DNA from: Camelus ferus
Taxonomy: Eukaryota
DNA: 64,000 nt
Assembly: GCF_009834535.1 (NCBI RefSeq)
Contig: NC_045696.1
Span: 51,090,001-51,154,000 of the forward strand
Reading direction: 5' to 3'
Of this stretch, positions 1 through 13,052 are shown piece after piece; positions within the stretch are counted from its first letter, which is position 1; every line of letters begins with the position of its first letter. Under the pieces are notes generated by a model. It saw nothing but the letters and a program-made list of their open reading frames with translations, was not told where the DNA came from and made no database searches. The position numbers and the translations under genes were made by a program.

Positions 1-2822
1 TCACATAAGTTTATTTCAGATGTAACAGCAATGTTAAAATCAACAAGTTTAAATCTTAACTGCACCAAGTAAACTTAGCCATTTAAGTATTTTTAAAGTT
101 ATTCCCTCCAAAAAACTGAGGGAGCTTTTCTTTTCCACCCCACATACCATGGTTTCCCAATAGTTCTGTTTTTGGAGGACTTTCAATTGATGAATAAACT
201 GCTTTGGGGGTATTTCAGAACTTCTTTCCCCAAATGAAAACTAATCTGGACAAATTATATATTGCATAGATTACTCAGCAGATTCTTTTCTTTAGAACCT
301 CAATGCAACTACCATACAGTATAATTTTTAACCTATTTGCCCCACAGAAAAAACTATCTGTCCTGAAAAAAATGATGGATATATCCTGTGATCTTCCAGT
401 TAAAAGAATTGTTTTACCTCACTGATAATTTTTATCATGTTTCAAAATAACCAACTCAACATGGGACATTATTTCAGTCTTTACTGACCCATAAGCATAT
501 GAACTAGTGCCCAGCTTCTACCTTTTCTACATCCTCCTCCTCCATTAAGTGGATGGAATTAATATAAGTTTGAAGTAGGACAATTATCCCTTTACAAACA
601 TTTACAATTTAGGTGAAAGTCATTGACTAGTGTGAAAAAAGAAACACTATGATAGGGAGCCTACACACTCAGTTCAAAATTTTATATTTTTTCCTCCATA
701 AATAACATGTACTTAATTGTCATGAGGCAGCTATTCGGTTTTCAATAACCACATTTAGGGATACATTCATAGGACTGAGTAGATAGTCCAGGTGAAATGG
801 TTATAGAAATAGAGGCAGTGTCATCTCACAAAACTCATTTATATATCAAAATCTATTATGATATCTGGACATTTACAAAAAGGATGAATTCTTCAAACTA
901 ATTATGCCTTCTGTAACTCAAGCACTCTTCTCTTGGCAAGAGCAAGCTGAAGCTTATCTATGAAGGTAAAGGTGCTTAATGCTAAATTTTTCTAAGCTTA
1001 GACTTGGACTGCTTAATAATCTGACACCCAAGAAACCAGCATAGTCTTTCTACATTTTTACTATCCTAAGATTAGAACCCTATAAACTCATTCTTCAAAT
1101 ATCTTCCTTTTCTATATTATTCTTGGCACTCAACTAAGACTGTTGAAGTCTACTATACCTTGTACTTTCACATTCTCAAATAAGAACTTAAGATCATAAA
1201 ATGTGCATAAGCATCATGTAAAATAATTTTGTCACTCAACATATTTGGAGAGATGAGACTTTTATGCCAGAATTTACATAAGAGGATAAATATTATGAAT
1301 CAATCTTCCTTTCAAAGTCAAATGAAAATTCAAGCCCTGTGCATTGTTTTAATTAAGTCTAATGAAAACATTTCTTGGGCCACCAGTATTGGCAATCTAG
1401 AAAATTTTAAATATTGGAGATGGGACTATGGAGGAAAACATGAAAATTTCAAATGTCTTCTATCTTACAGAAAGTTATCAACCTGTCAAAGCTACTCCCT
1501 ATGTGCCAGAAAATGATCGGACATAAACCAGTCCCGTCAGTAGAGGAGGTCACAGTGACATTTGCGTTATTAACACTCACTTTTCCAAGAATAGAAGCAA
1601 TATGTTTAACAATCCCCACTCCCCCAAATCCTTAAACTCAATATCATAGGCACAGAATGTAAGCAAATCTGGGATGTTCTCCAACAGATAAGCAATAGCA
1701 CAACTATGTTATTCTCAAAAATACTGTCTAGATATTCTTTCCTATATAATCAAATGCTCAGTGGCCACACTTCTAACAGCCTGCATTAGCTGACTTTAAA
1801 TGAATTTATTGTGTCACAAGTCCATCTAAGCTTCCTTTTAGGTATTTTTAAATATGTCCAAGAGACAATACCTGTTTCAGGTTTATTTAGGGGCATCGAT
1901 CTATAAGGACATCAACTCCATTTTTTAAGGTTAGACTAACTATTGTGGGTTTACTGAAGAAAAAGGACAGGAGAAAAAAAAAAAGCGAATCACAACAAAC
2001 CTCTTTAGGTTAGTTAAAGGACTTATCTCTAGCTGGGATATTAAAAAAAATTAATCTCACCAGCCCACACTCTAAAAGTTAATGCCACTAATAACAATCA
2101 ACAGCAGGAAAAGTAAACCTGCCAACAACCAGCCCACTCATTAGCAAAAAAGCAGTTTAACTCAAATACTGAGACCAAAGTATAACACTACCTACCCAAA
2201 CTGTCCCACCCACCCTCAGCCGCCAGCAAGGAAGGAAGAAATAACTGCTGAACAGAACAAAATAAGCTTAGTATTTCTTACAAGGATAACAATGGTCCAA
2301 CTCCTGAGATAATACTCAGAAGGACAAAAGGTGGAGTGAAGGCAATGTACAGGGATTAGTATCCCACAAACAGTCTTGAAACATCCAAAGTACCACAAGC
2401 ACACTAAACTTGTCTATGAATTAGAGGACAGGATATTGCTGCTGCTTCTTTTTGTCCTTTGAAATATACAATACTTTGTAGACTCTGCCCTTCAATGTGA
2501 AAGCAGGACACTTAAGGAAAAAGAAATTGACACCCCAATTTTGAGACCATATATCTTAACTGTGAAACTAAACAGATCTATACCTTTTCCTTCCTACAAT
2601 CAAAACACCTCACAAAAATAGGAAAACTAAAACAACCCAAACATGATTAATTTTCAAAGTCCTTGAAAGTTTAAAACTTTTAGCGAAAGGGAAGGAAGGA
2701 AAAGAGGAAAAACAAGAATAAGGAAGGGGGAAGGCTTTAAAAGAAAGAGGGGGGAAAAAAATCAATGGGCCTCTCTTTTATTTGGCGACAAGCAAGTGCA
2801 AGAAAGTTCATTTGTAACTTGT
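1..2822 (-). other. NAA50: NAA50 3' UTR (distal end uncertain, may extend past window start)
   Basis: Follows the TGA stop at 2825-2823. AT-rich and largely repeat-free. Minus-strand AATAAA at 2777-2782, 1882-1887, 1805-1810 and 10-15. Confidence 0.7.
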
Positions 2823-3000
2823 TCAGTTGTCTGTCTTTTGCACATCTGCGTTCTGGCCAGAAGGGACTTTGAGGTTTTTCTGCAGCACATGAGCATCTGC
2901 AGGCTCTATTCTCTTATAGTAGTTCTTCTTTGTCTCAATAATCTCAAAGCCAAACTTCCTGTAGAAGTCAATTGCAGACTCATTGCTGATCTGGACATGC
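2823..3000 (-). CDS. NAA50: NAA50 exon 5 (last coding exon)
   Basis: Encodes (L)HVQISNESAIDFYRKFGFEIIETKKNYYKRIEPADAHVLQKNLKVPSGQNADVQKTDN*. Acceptor ctcag at 3005-3001; 178 nt. Confidence 0.98.
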
Positions 3001-3273
3001 CTGAGATATAACAGGGCAACAGAAAAAAATAAATAAAAATAAATTAAGATTCCATCAGCTTTTGTCTGTCCTTCACAGATAGCTTCAAATTGGTTGGCAC
3101 TGGAATACCGCAGATATTTTAGATTCTCTTTAGTAATCAACAAAGATTTAGGTATTCATTTCAGGGAAACTTTTGATAACAAATTTACACTTCTAACTCT
3201 TAACATTTGCAAGACAGCTGGCTGAGATTAGGAAATGCAGGAATAGTGCTTACTCTTAAAATCAATCAAGATT

Positions 3274-3391
3274 GGGGGAGGGAATAGCTCAGTGGTAGAA
3301 TGCATGCTTAGCATGCATGAGGTCCTGGGTTCAATCCCCAGTACCTCAGTTAAAATAAATAAACCTAATTACCTCCCCTCCACCCCCACCA
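3274..3391 (+). mobile_element. tRNA-Ala(AGC)-derived SINE (camelid Vic-1-like)
   Basis: A box TAGCTCAGTGG, stem TGCATGCTTAGCATGCA, B box GGTTCAATCC, tail aaataaacctaattacc. Five more copies in the window. Confidence 0.85.
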
Positions 3392-3432
3392 AATCAATCA
3401 ATCAATCAATCAGTCAGTCAGTCAGTCAGTCA
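3392..3432. repeat. Compound (TCAA)n(TCAG)n microsatellite
   Basis: Direct read. Confidence 0.9.
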
Positions 3433-4148
3433 AGGTTAAAGTACCCTAGCTATCATAACATTTTGTATTGTAAGGGGAGAAAGATTCCTGTAATAACACA
3501 TAAAAAACAAACAAAAGACTAGGGTCTCAAATGCTTGAATATATCCTCCTTCTGACTGATAAAAAACATGCTAGATTTTGATAGTAAATAATTTGTGCTT
3601 CCTCAATTACTCCTCAAAAGAGCATTATATAATTTACTCTCTCCTCTGCCAAAGTGAAAACGAGAATAATCTTAGTATCTGTACTTTAAAGACTCCACAG
3701 TTGTGATCTCAGCCTTGGCTCTGAGGTCTCTTAAGATCCAAGTACAGATCAGCTAGGTACTCTCTGACTTTGACTATTAAATTCTACTACTAACTGAGCA
3801 TGTCACTGAGCCTTGAGCAGAACTCAGAGAGTGCAAACAGATGGCATGAGAAAAGTAATATTAATGGTATTAATTTCTCAAATGATGAAGACTTGAATTT
3901 TAATCTTGGTTTCACATCTGTGAGTTTGGAGCTCCCACTCCAACGTAATAAAGCAAAACGAGAATGTTTATCTCCCAGGCTCCTTGTCTATTATTAAACC
4001 AAAACAAAATAAACTTCTAACTACTACTTCTATGGTATTTCCAAAAGACAATGAAATGAGTGACTGGATTTTAGATTTTCTTGTAAAACTTTTCATTGCC
4101 AATTTATTAAATTCTTTAGATAAGAAGATTAAATATGACTTTACTTAC

Positions 4149-4215
4149 AGATAGATGTTGTCAAAAGTGCCATCTTTTTCACAGATGTTTAAGACATGAT
4201 TTAACATTTTAGTTC
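4149..4215 (-). CDS. NAA50: NAA50 exon 4
   Basis: Encodes (G)TKMLNHVLNICEKDGTFDNIY(L). Flanked by aatag| and |gtaagt; 67 nt; phases fit neighbouring exons. Confidence 0.97.
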
Positions 4216-4663
4216 CTATTAACAAGACAAAGAAGTAAGTAATCTCATAAAAATCAATCTTTAAATTATATACATCCAACCCCCACCTTGACACTTACTG
4301 AGTCCTAATAGAATCTGAGGTAAACACTAAACATCCTGAATTTCCAAAATTGTTCTCTCTACATTACCTACTGTGTTTCAAACTGGTAGCAGAAAAGCAA
4401 TCTTTATATACAGCCCTTCCAGGAAGAAGGAAAACAGAAAAGGCAAAAAGGATATTAATAACAAATATATAAAGGGCTTTCGATTGAATTACGTTAACAA
4501 ATAAACAGTTCTTTTTCACCTTATTTTACAAGTAATTCAGTATCCCTTTCCCAATATTCCTAGAAGAGACAGTTTGACTTACTGGGTCAGAAACTGTAGC
4601 AATGTACTTATGTTTCTTTGAAGAAAAAAATAAAAACAGGGACAAAAACACAAACAATTTTAC

Positions 4664-4783
4664 CTATTCCTAGCCTTCGGTATGGTGCCAGACATCCTAG
4701 CGTCATGATGTAAAGTCTCTTCTGGTTCTGTGAATGATCCACCCTACAGCATACTGCACCTACTGCAATGTCATTGAAATAGG
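4664..4783 (-). CDS. NAA50: NAA50 exon 3 (includes acetyl-CoA-binding RRLGIG motif)
   Basis: Encodes (A)YFNDIAVGAVCCRVDHSQNQKRLYIMTLGCLAPYRRLGI(G). Flanked by gcag| and |gtaaaa; 120 nt. Confidence 0.98.
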
Positions 4784-5211
4784 CTGCCATGGAAAATATA
4801 AAGATACAAAGTTCAACAGACAAAATGACACTTTTTGTTGATTTTTTTCCCCTCCCTTTCTATAAGGACTAAATTGTTGCTATCAGCATTAAATTTTATC
4901 AGCTACTTTGAACATCAGTAAGCCTCAAAAATATCCCATACCTTAAGAATTTAAGCCTCCTCTAGAGTAAAGTTAAATATGTGAAAATACAGACATAGCC
5001 TAAATAAGAAAAGATATTTAGCATTTCCTTTTAAAATTCAAGTATGTTATCTTGATTTTTCTCAGAACTTGGTCAGCCCTATTTTCTCACTTGTTGTAAA
5101 ACTAGGAGATTACATCAGTTAACTGTTCCCCTCCCCATATTAAAAATTAGAGGTGAAGAACATGAATAAACAATTGAAGGGAAGGGGTGGGGGAAGAAAA
5201 ACATATCATAC

Positions 5212-5348
5212 CAAGTTTTGCTAGCTCGCCAACCTCCAGCACATCTTTGTAGAACTTGTCATTGTAGCTGACTGGAAAGATGACCTGGTTTAATCTCTTC
5301 AACTGTTTAATATTGTGTGGTGTCACATCTCCCAGCTCGATCCGGCTA
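5212..5348 (-). CDS. NAA50: NAA50 exon 2
   Basis: Encodes SRIELGDVTPHNIKQLKRLNQVIFPVSYNDKFYKDVLEVGELAKL. Flanked by ttccag| and |gtatga; 137 nt. Confidence 0.98.
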
Positions 5349-5909
5349 CTGGAACAAACCAAAATGTACTCAATAAAATATAATTAGCTTCATTTGTTAA
5401 GATTAACATATTAAAAGGGTACAAAGCCTTTTTTACATGATTGATAAATCCAACCCTTTCTTAAGTGATTTTCTATTCCTATGAAGATTTCCACTTTTAA
5501 GCAGATTTTGCCAGTCATTCCATCCAGATTCCAACTCATAGCTCTTATACAATTGTATATATTTAGAGACAAATACAGTAAACAACAATTACTAAGAAGG
5601 CCAGAATAATATTTTCCATAAATGGCAAAATTTTCAGAAAAACTTAAAGGTATCTATTACTGATCAAAAAGAGTGACGATACCTAATTGGCAAAAGGGTG
5701 GCAAATAAGATTTTCATACTCTGCTGGCAGGGATGAAAACAGATACAGTATCTCTGAAAGACAATCTAGCACTAAGTACTAAAAAAAAGTCTAAAGAGTA
5801 TACATCTCCTTTTGTCCAACGTATCTCATTCTAGGAATTTATTCTAAGGAAATATCAAAATATGCAAATACCATGCATATCAAATAGAATATACATTTGA
5901 CACAGGAAA

Positions 5910-6065
5910 CACACACATCAGAGTCACATGGGGTGGTATTCACAATCTAGACTCCTGGATCCCATCCCATACCTTCAGAAGCAGAATCTCTGGAAATGGA
6001 ACATGGGAATCTGTATTTCAAAAACAAAAAAATCCAAACAACAAACCCCAACCTGAAAACTACTT
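5910..6065. mobile_element. MER5-like hAT MITE relic
   Basis: catcagagtcac...cagaatctctgg...gggaatctgtattt resembles MER5A; degraded. Confidence 0.5.
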
Positions 6066-7485
6066 ATCAAGAACACAACAGTAGCATTGTTAAGAAACCA
6101 TTCTTAATCAAAACAATGGGTTCCATGGGAAAAAATTAAAACTATAAAGTTACAGACTCAGTAACAAAGTCATTTTGCCTACAGAGCTGTCAACAAAAGA
6201 AATTAATAGCTCAAGTCAATTTCACTATCATAAGCTAAAGGTTGATCAAAAGTGACAAGACAAACCTAAATAGAATCTACATAATTCTTCTTCCTATTAC
6301 CATTAGCACTATTATTAGCTACTTATATACATTATTTGCCTTCTTAAAAATTTTAACAGTGGGTGGTAAAAATATTTAAAGAAAATGTCAAATCAAAATA
6401 AAAATGAGTTCAAAAATAAGTAAAACAATCTAATGCCAACCAAGCAGCTAGGAAATGATATAGGTTCTACCACTAGGTGCTAGTTCTGGATCAGAATGGT
6501 ATTAGTCAATAGCAGGGAAACGCAAACAATACAATCTAATTAATCATTTACATCATATGCACATAGATTTTGAAAACTCTCTGTTGGAGAAATGACTAAA
6601 CAAGAGGGTTAATCATCACACTTTTATAATGGTAAAAAAGAGAAAAAAAAAAAAGAAATAGAAGGATCTGAACGTCCACCAATAGGGGGACTATTAATGA
6701 AATAAAGCATGATACATTTATATTATTAGCATAGTAAGATGCTGATATACTGGTTCCTGGGGGAAAAAAGCATATTCCAAACATATATTTATATATATTT
6801 CCAACTTTTGTTAATATACACAAAAATGTTTGAAAACATATTAAAAAAATGTGTAGTTAAAACTGTAGATAATTTCCACGTAAGTAAATATGCAGTAACT
6901 ATGGCCTTTCTCCAGAATATTTGAGAACTAAAATGAATTCTCTTTCTGAGATTCATGTCTTCCTTAACTAGGTTACATCTCATTCACAGAACAACTTCCC
7001 TCTTCATTAAGGTACATCCTGGCTTTCTCTTCTTTAAGGCTGAAGTAAACATTTCATCTTAAAATACAGGATTCCTTAAAATATAGGGATCACATCTTAC
7101 CTAGTCTATTTTTGTTTTTTAAAGAGGATTCCGCCCATTTAGTTAATTAACATAACCATCACCTCACTTCTTATAGCTGGAAGTTTGTATTCTTTTACCA
7201 ACTTTTCCCTATGTCCCCTACTCTGGCAAGCACTTTTCTACTCTTTCTATGAGTTTGACTCCTTTTTTTTCCCCCCAGATCCCACATGTAAGTGATAACA
7301 TGCAGTATTTACTTATCTTTCTTTATTTGGCTTATTTCACTTAGTATAATGCTACTTTTTAATTTATTATTGCATCACAAATTGGGTTCAGTAATTTTTA
7401 AAAATGTAATATAGCTCATTATATTGATTATACTTAGAACACACCATTTAAAAATTACTCCACTGCACTTAAAAGCCAGTGTCTG

Positions 7486-8066
7486 ACAATAGTCAAGACA
7501 CAGAAGCAACCTAAATGTTCATCGACATGACTGGATAAAGAAACTGTGGTATATTTATACAGTGGAATACTACTCAGTGATAAAAAAGAATAAATAATGC
7601 CATTTGCAGCAACATGGATGGACCTGGAGATTGTCATTCTAAGTGAAATAAGCCAGAAGGAGAAAGAAAATACCATATATCACTCATATGTGGAATCTAA
7701 AAGAAAAAAAAAGGAAAAAGAGGACACTAATGAACTCATCTACAAAATAAAAACAGACTCACAAACATAGTAAACAATTTTATGGTTACCGGGGAAAGGG
7801 ATAAATTTGAGAGTTTGAGACTTGCAAATGATAACCTCTGTATATAAAAACAGATTAAAAAACAAATTTCTTCTGTATAGCAGGGAACTATATTCAACAT
7901 CATGTAATAACCTTTAATGAAAAAGAATATGAAAACGAATATATACATATACATGCATGACTGGGACATTGTGCTGTGCACCAGAAATTGACACACTGTA
8001 ACTGACTATATACTTCAATAAAAAATTTTAAAAAACTGATCAATAAATAAACTAAGAAATTTTTAA
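7486..8066 (+). mobile_element. 5'-truncated L1 3' end with TSD
   Basis: L1 ORF2 C-terminal/3' UTR motifs and A-rich tail. TSD aaaagccagtgtctg (7471-7485) / aaaagccaatgtctg (8067-8081). Confidence 0.9.
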
Positions 8067-9634
8067 AAAAGCCAATGTCTGTATTTTAAGAATGACTGAA
8101 AAATTACATTATGAAATCTAATAGTAAAACAATAAAGGAAAACTTAACAATCTAGGAAGTTAAGCTTCTAAATTATAAGTGAAAGAACTTGTTTTTTTTA
8201 AAGGTTTAAGAATAATTTCTAGGAAATTACCATGTTTCAAGTATATTTACAGTTTTTTAAAGGACCACAACCAGGTTATTTCTTGATTTCATACAGAAGG
8301 TGTGGTAGACTGAAACTAATAAAAGTTAAGTACTAAAAAAGTTTCCATTAAGGGTGGGCAGATCAAGACTAAATATAGAACACAATATTGAATCTTTAGG
8401 GAATAAATAGCTTAATCTTTCCCGCCTAATTAAAAAGAAGTATGTCTTGATTAAAAAAAAAAGTCCAACACCATAGAAATGAGTTAGATGTACTTAGTCT
8501 TCTAATATCCTTTTATGTACATATATACAGATATTTTAAATTTGAATATTGTTTGGTAGCCATTTAAGAAAGAAATTTATCAAGTTTGATTATTAACAGA
8601 CTGTCAGCCTGTGCTAGAAACATAATTTCAAAATGTCTATTAAATATAACTTTGTCAGCAAAATTCGCCTTCAAATACAGTTTAACTTTTGTGAACATGA
8701 TATGTCTGATTGAAATGGAACACTTCTGTAATCCTGATCACTTAGCTCCAAATTATTTTAAGATGTGGATATTCTAAATATATCAGAGTAATATCATCAA
8801 CTTGTAAATATAATTCAGCAAAGAACAGGCAGTATCAAAGGCATAAACATAGAGGGCTATGTAGAAATGTCAACTAAATGAGAACATCACTTGACTGTAA
8901 ACAACCAAAAAGCTTTTAAAAGTTAAAAGAACTTGATTAGAAAATTAAATAGAGATTTTAAAAATTCTACCCGTGGATCTAAAATTTTCTAGAGTTCTTA
9001 AGAACATAATAGTTGCCTATTCAAAGCATAAGTCAGTTGTACTTCAATAGATATTTGAGCAGCTATGAGTTAACACATGGAATGCAAAGGAGTTCCTACC
9101 TAGCAGGAAATAGGGGTACACATAATGCAAAGAACAAAAATAATACTATAATGGAAGTAACTGTAGAAAAAGTAGTGAAGGATGAATAGGAGTTTGTTAT
9201 GTGGGAGGGCAAGAATTTCAATCTAAGGGAAGGGTAGAACAGGAACAAAATAGCAATCATGTGTTCCTGAAACTAGAGGCAGTTTGATATGGTAAAACAA
9301 AGTATGCCTTGTGTAAATGTGGAAACTGGGGCTGGAGAAGAAGGAGAACCAATTTCATGCTACATGTTACTTTCTTACTTCCTTTAAGTCTCTTCAAATG
9401 ATACTTAAGAAGTCTTAAGACCATACGTATTTGAAAATGTTTTAAGTTGATGAATCTATCCTTTTATCATTTTGCAATGTCTCTCTTTTTGCTGTAATAT
9501 TCCCTGCCTTAAAAGTCTACTTTGTTCATCAATACAGACATACCATTTTCTTCTAAATAATGTTGTATGGTGTATCTTCTACCATCTTTTTACTTTAAAT
9601 GTCTGTGTCCTTATATGTAAAGTGTGTCTTTTTC

Positions 9635-10055
9635 ATAGAGATCATCATGTTAAGTGAAGTAAGTCACACAGAAAGACAAACATCATGTATCACTTATATG
9701 TGGAACCTAAATAAAGATACAAACTTTATTTACAAACCAGAAATACACTCACAGACATAGAAAACAAACTATGGTTACCAAAGGGGACAGGGGAGGTGGA
9801 GAGATAAATTAGGAGTTTGGGATTAACCGATACTTACTACTGTATATAAAATAGATAAACAAAAAAGATCTACTGTACAAGAAGGATCTACTCTATAGCA
9901 CAAGGAACTATTCAATTTCTTGTAATCAGCTGTAATGGAAAAGAATCTGGAAATGTATTTATATATGTATGGATATGTACAACTCAACTGCTCTCCTGTA
10001 CACCTGAAACTAACATTGTAAATCAACTACACTTCAATAAAAGAAAAAAAAAATT
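9635..10055 (+). mobile_element. L1 3' UTR fragment
   Basis: tcacttatatgtggaacct...aatcaactacacttcaataaaa followed by a poly-A tail. Confidence 0.85.
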
Positions 10056-10975
10056 TAAAGTACATCTTTTTGTAAACAGCATATGCTTAGAGTATTGTTC
10101 TTTTAGTGTGACAGAGTATTTAGTCTGTTCAGATTTAATGTAATTATTGGTTGCATTCTATTCAAGTCTACCAGCTTGTAGGTTTCTATTTGTACCAACT
10201 ATTAGATGTTCCTTTATTTTCCAGCCTTTTGGGGGATCGATTTTCCTTCTTAGCTTAGAAAAAAAACTTTTAATAGTTTATATAAAATTAAATTCACTTT
10301 TTTAGGTGGAGAGTTCTGAGTTTTGACAACTATGGATAATCACACCTAACTACCACGATTATCAAGATACAGAATGGCTCTATCACCCCAATAATCACCC
10401 ACATGACCCTCTGTAGTTCAGCTCTACCACCATTCCCAGGCAGCCATTAATCTGTTTTCTCATTCCCGATAGTTTTGCCTTTTCAAGAATATCACATAAA
10501 CAGAATCACACAATACACAGCCATTTGCTAGGCTTGTTTCATTCAGCATAATGCTTTGAGATTCACCACACTGTTGTATCAACATTCATTCCTTGTTATT
10601 GCTCCATTGTATGGCTGTACCATGGTTTATCTTTTGGTTGAAGGGCATTTGGGTTATTTCCAGTTTTTGGAGATTATGAATAAAGTTGCTATAAACAAAT
10701 TTCTGCATAGGTTCTTGGGTAAACATAAGTTTTTCTTTCTCTTGAGTAAATACCTAGGAGAGTTAAGAAACTTTCAGTTGCTCTGCATCTAAACCAGCAT
10801 TTGGCACTAGCAACTTTTTAAATTTATGCCATTCTAATAGGTGTATAGTGACATTTCACTATGGTTTTCATTTGCATATCCCTAAAAAATGATGAACATC
10901 TTTTCATGTACTTTTCTGCCACCCATATATCTTCTTTGGTAAAGGAGCTCTTGAAATCTTTCGCCCATTTAAAAA

Positions 10976-11034
10976 CGAAACAAAACAAAACAAAACAAAA
11001 CAAAACAAAACAAAACCAAAACAAAACAAAAACA
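10976..11034. repeat. (CAAAA)n pentanucleotide repeat
   Basis: Direct read. Confidence 0.9.
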
Positions 11035-11121
11035 CCCTTGGTTCTCTTATTACAGTATACTATGAATACATGTCCTTTGTAAGATAAGCACCGAGCTATA
11101 CCGTCCCGACTGCATGTGGGG

Positions 11122-11250
11122 TTTTTTTTTGGTGGGGGGTGTAATTAGGTTTAGTTATCTATTTTTTTCTCTTTGAAGTACTGTGGATTGAACCCAGGAC
11201 ATTGTGCATGATAGGCATGCGCTCCACCACTGGGCTATATACCCTCCCCC
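11122..11250 (-). mobile_element. tRNA-derived SINE
   Basis: Reverse complement of the 3274 element; diverged. Confidence 0.8.
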
Positions 11251-11564
11251 TTGTACTTTTTAAGCTATGTATGTCGCAAAGGATTTCTCCCAGTCTGTGT
11301 GACTTTTTTTCCTTTCTTAATAGTGTTTTTTAAACAGAAGTTATACATTTTGATGAATTTCTTTTGAGGATCATGCTTTTCAAGGTCATATCTAAGAAAT
11401 CTTTGCCTAAGCCAAGGTCACTAACATTTAGATTTTTGTTTTCTTCTACAAGTTTTACTACATTTAGGTGTATACGCCTCCACCCCTTATATCCCTCTCA
11501 TTGATTTTTCTCTTAAATGGCCTCTTGAGGTATGATTTATAAACTATAAAATTCACCTGTTTTA

Positions 11565-11668
11565 GAATATGAAAATGAATTTATGTATATTCATGTATGA
11601 CTGAAGCATTGTTCTATATACCAGAAACGGACCCAACATTGTAAACTGACTATACCTCAATAATTAAC
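11565..11668 (+). mobile_element. ~100-bp ultra-truncated L1 3' end
   Basis: Matches the end of the 18768 element. TSD aaaattcacctgtttta (11548-11564) / aaaattcatctgtttta (11669-11685). Confidence 0.85.
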
Positions 11669-12174
11669 AAAATTCATCTGTTTTAATTGTACAATTCAAT
11701 GGCTTTAGACTATTTACAAAGTTGCACAACCATCACTTCAATTAACCTGTAGAACACTCACATTATACCCTAAAATCCCTTGCAAACATCTGAGACAAAT
11801 CCCCTTTCTTACTCTAAGCTGGCCAATCTACCTTCTATAGACTTATCATTTCTGAACATTTCATACAATATATGTGATTTCTTGAACTAGACTCCTTTCA
11901 CTCGGCATGTTTTTGCGGTTCATCCATGTTGCAATTTGTGTCAGTAGCTGAATAGTATTCCACTATATGAATATACTACATTTTGTTTATCCATTCATCA
12001 CTTGATGGACATTTTAACTGTATTTACTTTGAGATTATAAATAATGCTGCTATGAATACTGCATACAAGTCTATGTGCAGACGTGCTTCAGTTTTTTTTT
12101 TTTTCTAGTAGATAGCTAGAAGTGGGACTGCTGGGTTGTATGGCAAATATGTTTTACTTTTTAAAGAAACTGCC

Positions 12175-13052
12175 TTGGTAGACAGAATAACGGCCCCCAA
12201 AGTATGTTCATGTTCTCATCCCAGGAACCTTTATTAATATATTATTTTATATGGAAAATGGACTTTGCAGACGTTATTAAGACCTTGAGATGGGAAAATT
12301 TCCCAAACTTCGTGGGTGGACCCACTGTAATCGCACAGGTCCTTAGGAGTCAGAGATGATGATGTGATAAAAGCAGAGACGAGAGATTAAAAGATGCTAT
12401 GCCGCTGACTTTGAAGACAAAAAGGGTCATGAACCAAGGAATGCAAAGCAATCTGTAGAAGCTGAAAAGGCAAAGAAACAGTTTATCATCTAGAGACTCT
12501 AGAAGAAACAATCCTGTTGTATCAATTTCCTAGGGCTGCCTTAACAAATTACCACAAACTCAGTGGCTTAAAACAACAGAAATGCATTCTAAGTTTTGGA
12601 GGCTGGAAGTCCAAAATCAGAATGTCAGCAGAGCCATGCTCTCTAGGCTCTGGAGCAGAATCTTTCCTTGCCTTTGTCAGCTTCTGGTGGCCTCAGGTGT
12701 TTCTTGGCTTGTGGCAGCCTAACTCTAATGTCTGCCTTTATCTTCACATGGTCTTCTGTGTGTATATGTTTATGCTCTCTTATTCTTATAAGGACATTAG
12801 TCATTGGATTTAGGCCCACCCTAATTGAGTATGATCTCATCTTTATTACATTTGCCAAGATCCTATTCCTAAATAAGGTTACACACTGAGGTTCCAGGTA
12901 GACATCAATCAGGTAGGCTATACCTACCTTGATTTTAGCATAGTGAAATCCATTTCAGACTTTTGATCTCAAGAACTAAGATAATATGTCCGTGTTGTTT
13001 AAGCCACTAAACTTGTAGTAATTTGTTACAGCAGTAACGGAAAACTAATACA
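12175..13052 (+). mobile_element. MaLR (MLT1-like) solo LTR, split by a second LTR
   Basis: Begins tggtagacagaataacggcccccaaag; ends tttaagccactaa...aatttgttacagcag...aactaataca. Confidence 0.8.
12518..12925 (-). mobile_element. MaLR (MLT1-like) LTR nested in the opposite orientation
   Basis: tgtatcaatttcctagggctgccttaacaaattaccacaaactcagtggcttaaaacaac is the reverse of an MLT1 3' end. Confidence 0.8.

Noticed and set aside
1229..2404. Short ORFs in the NAA50 3' UTR
   Set aside because: Lengths expected by chance; no recognisable protein features.
3274..3350. tRNA-Ala(AGC) gene (also at 11122, 21652, 36190, 39545, 44932)
   Set aside because: Multiple diverged copies with shared non-tRNA tails, TSDs and CpG decay indicate SINEs, not functional tRNAs.
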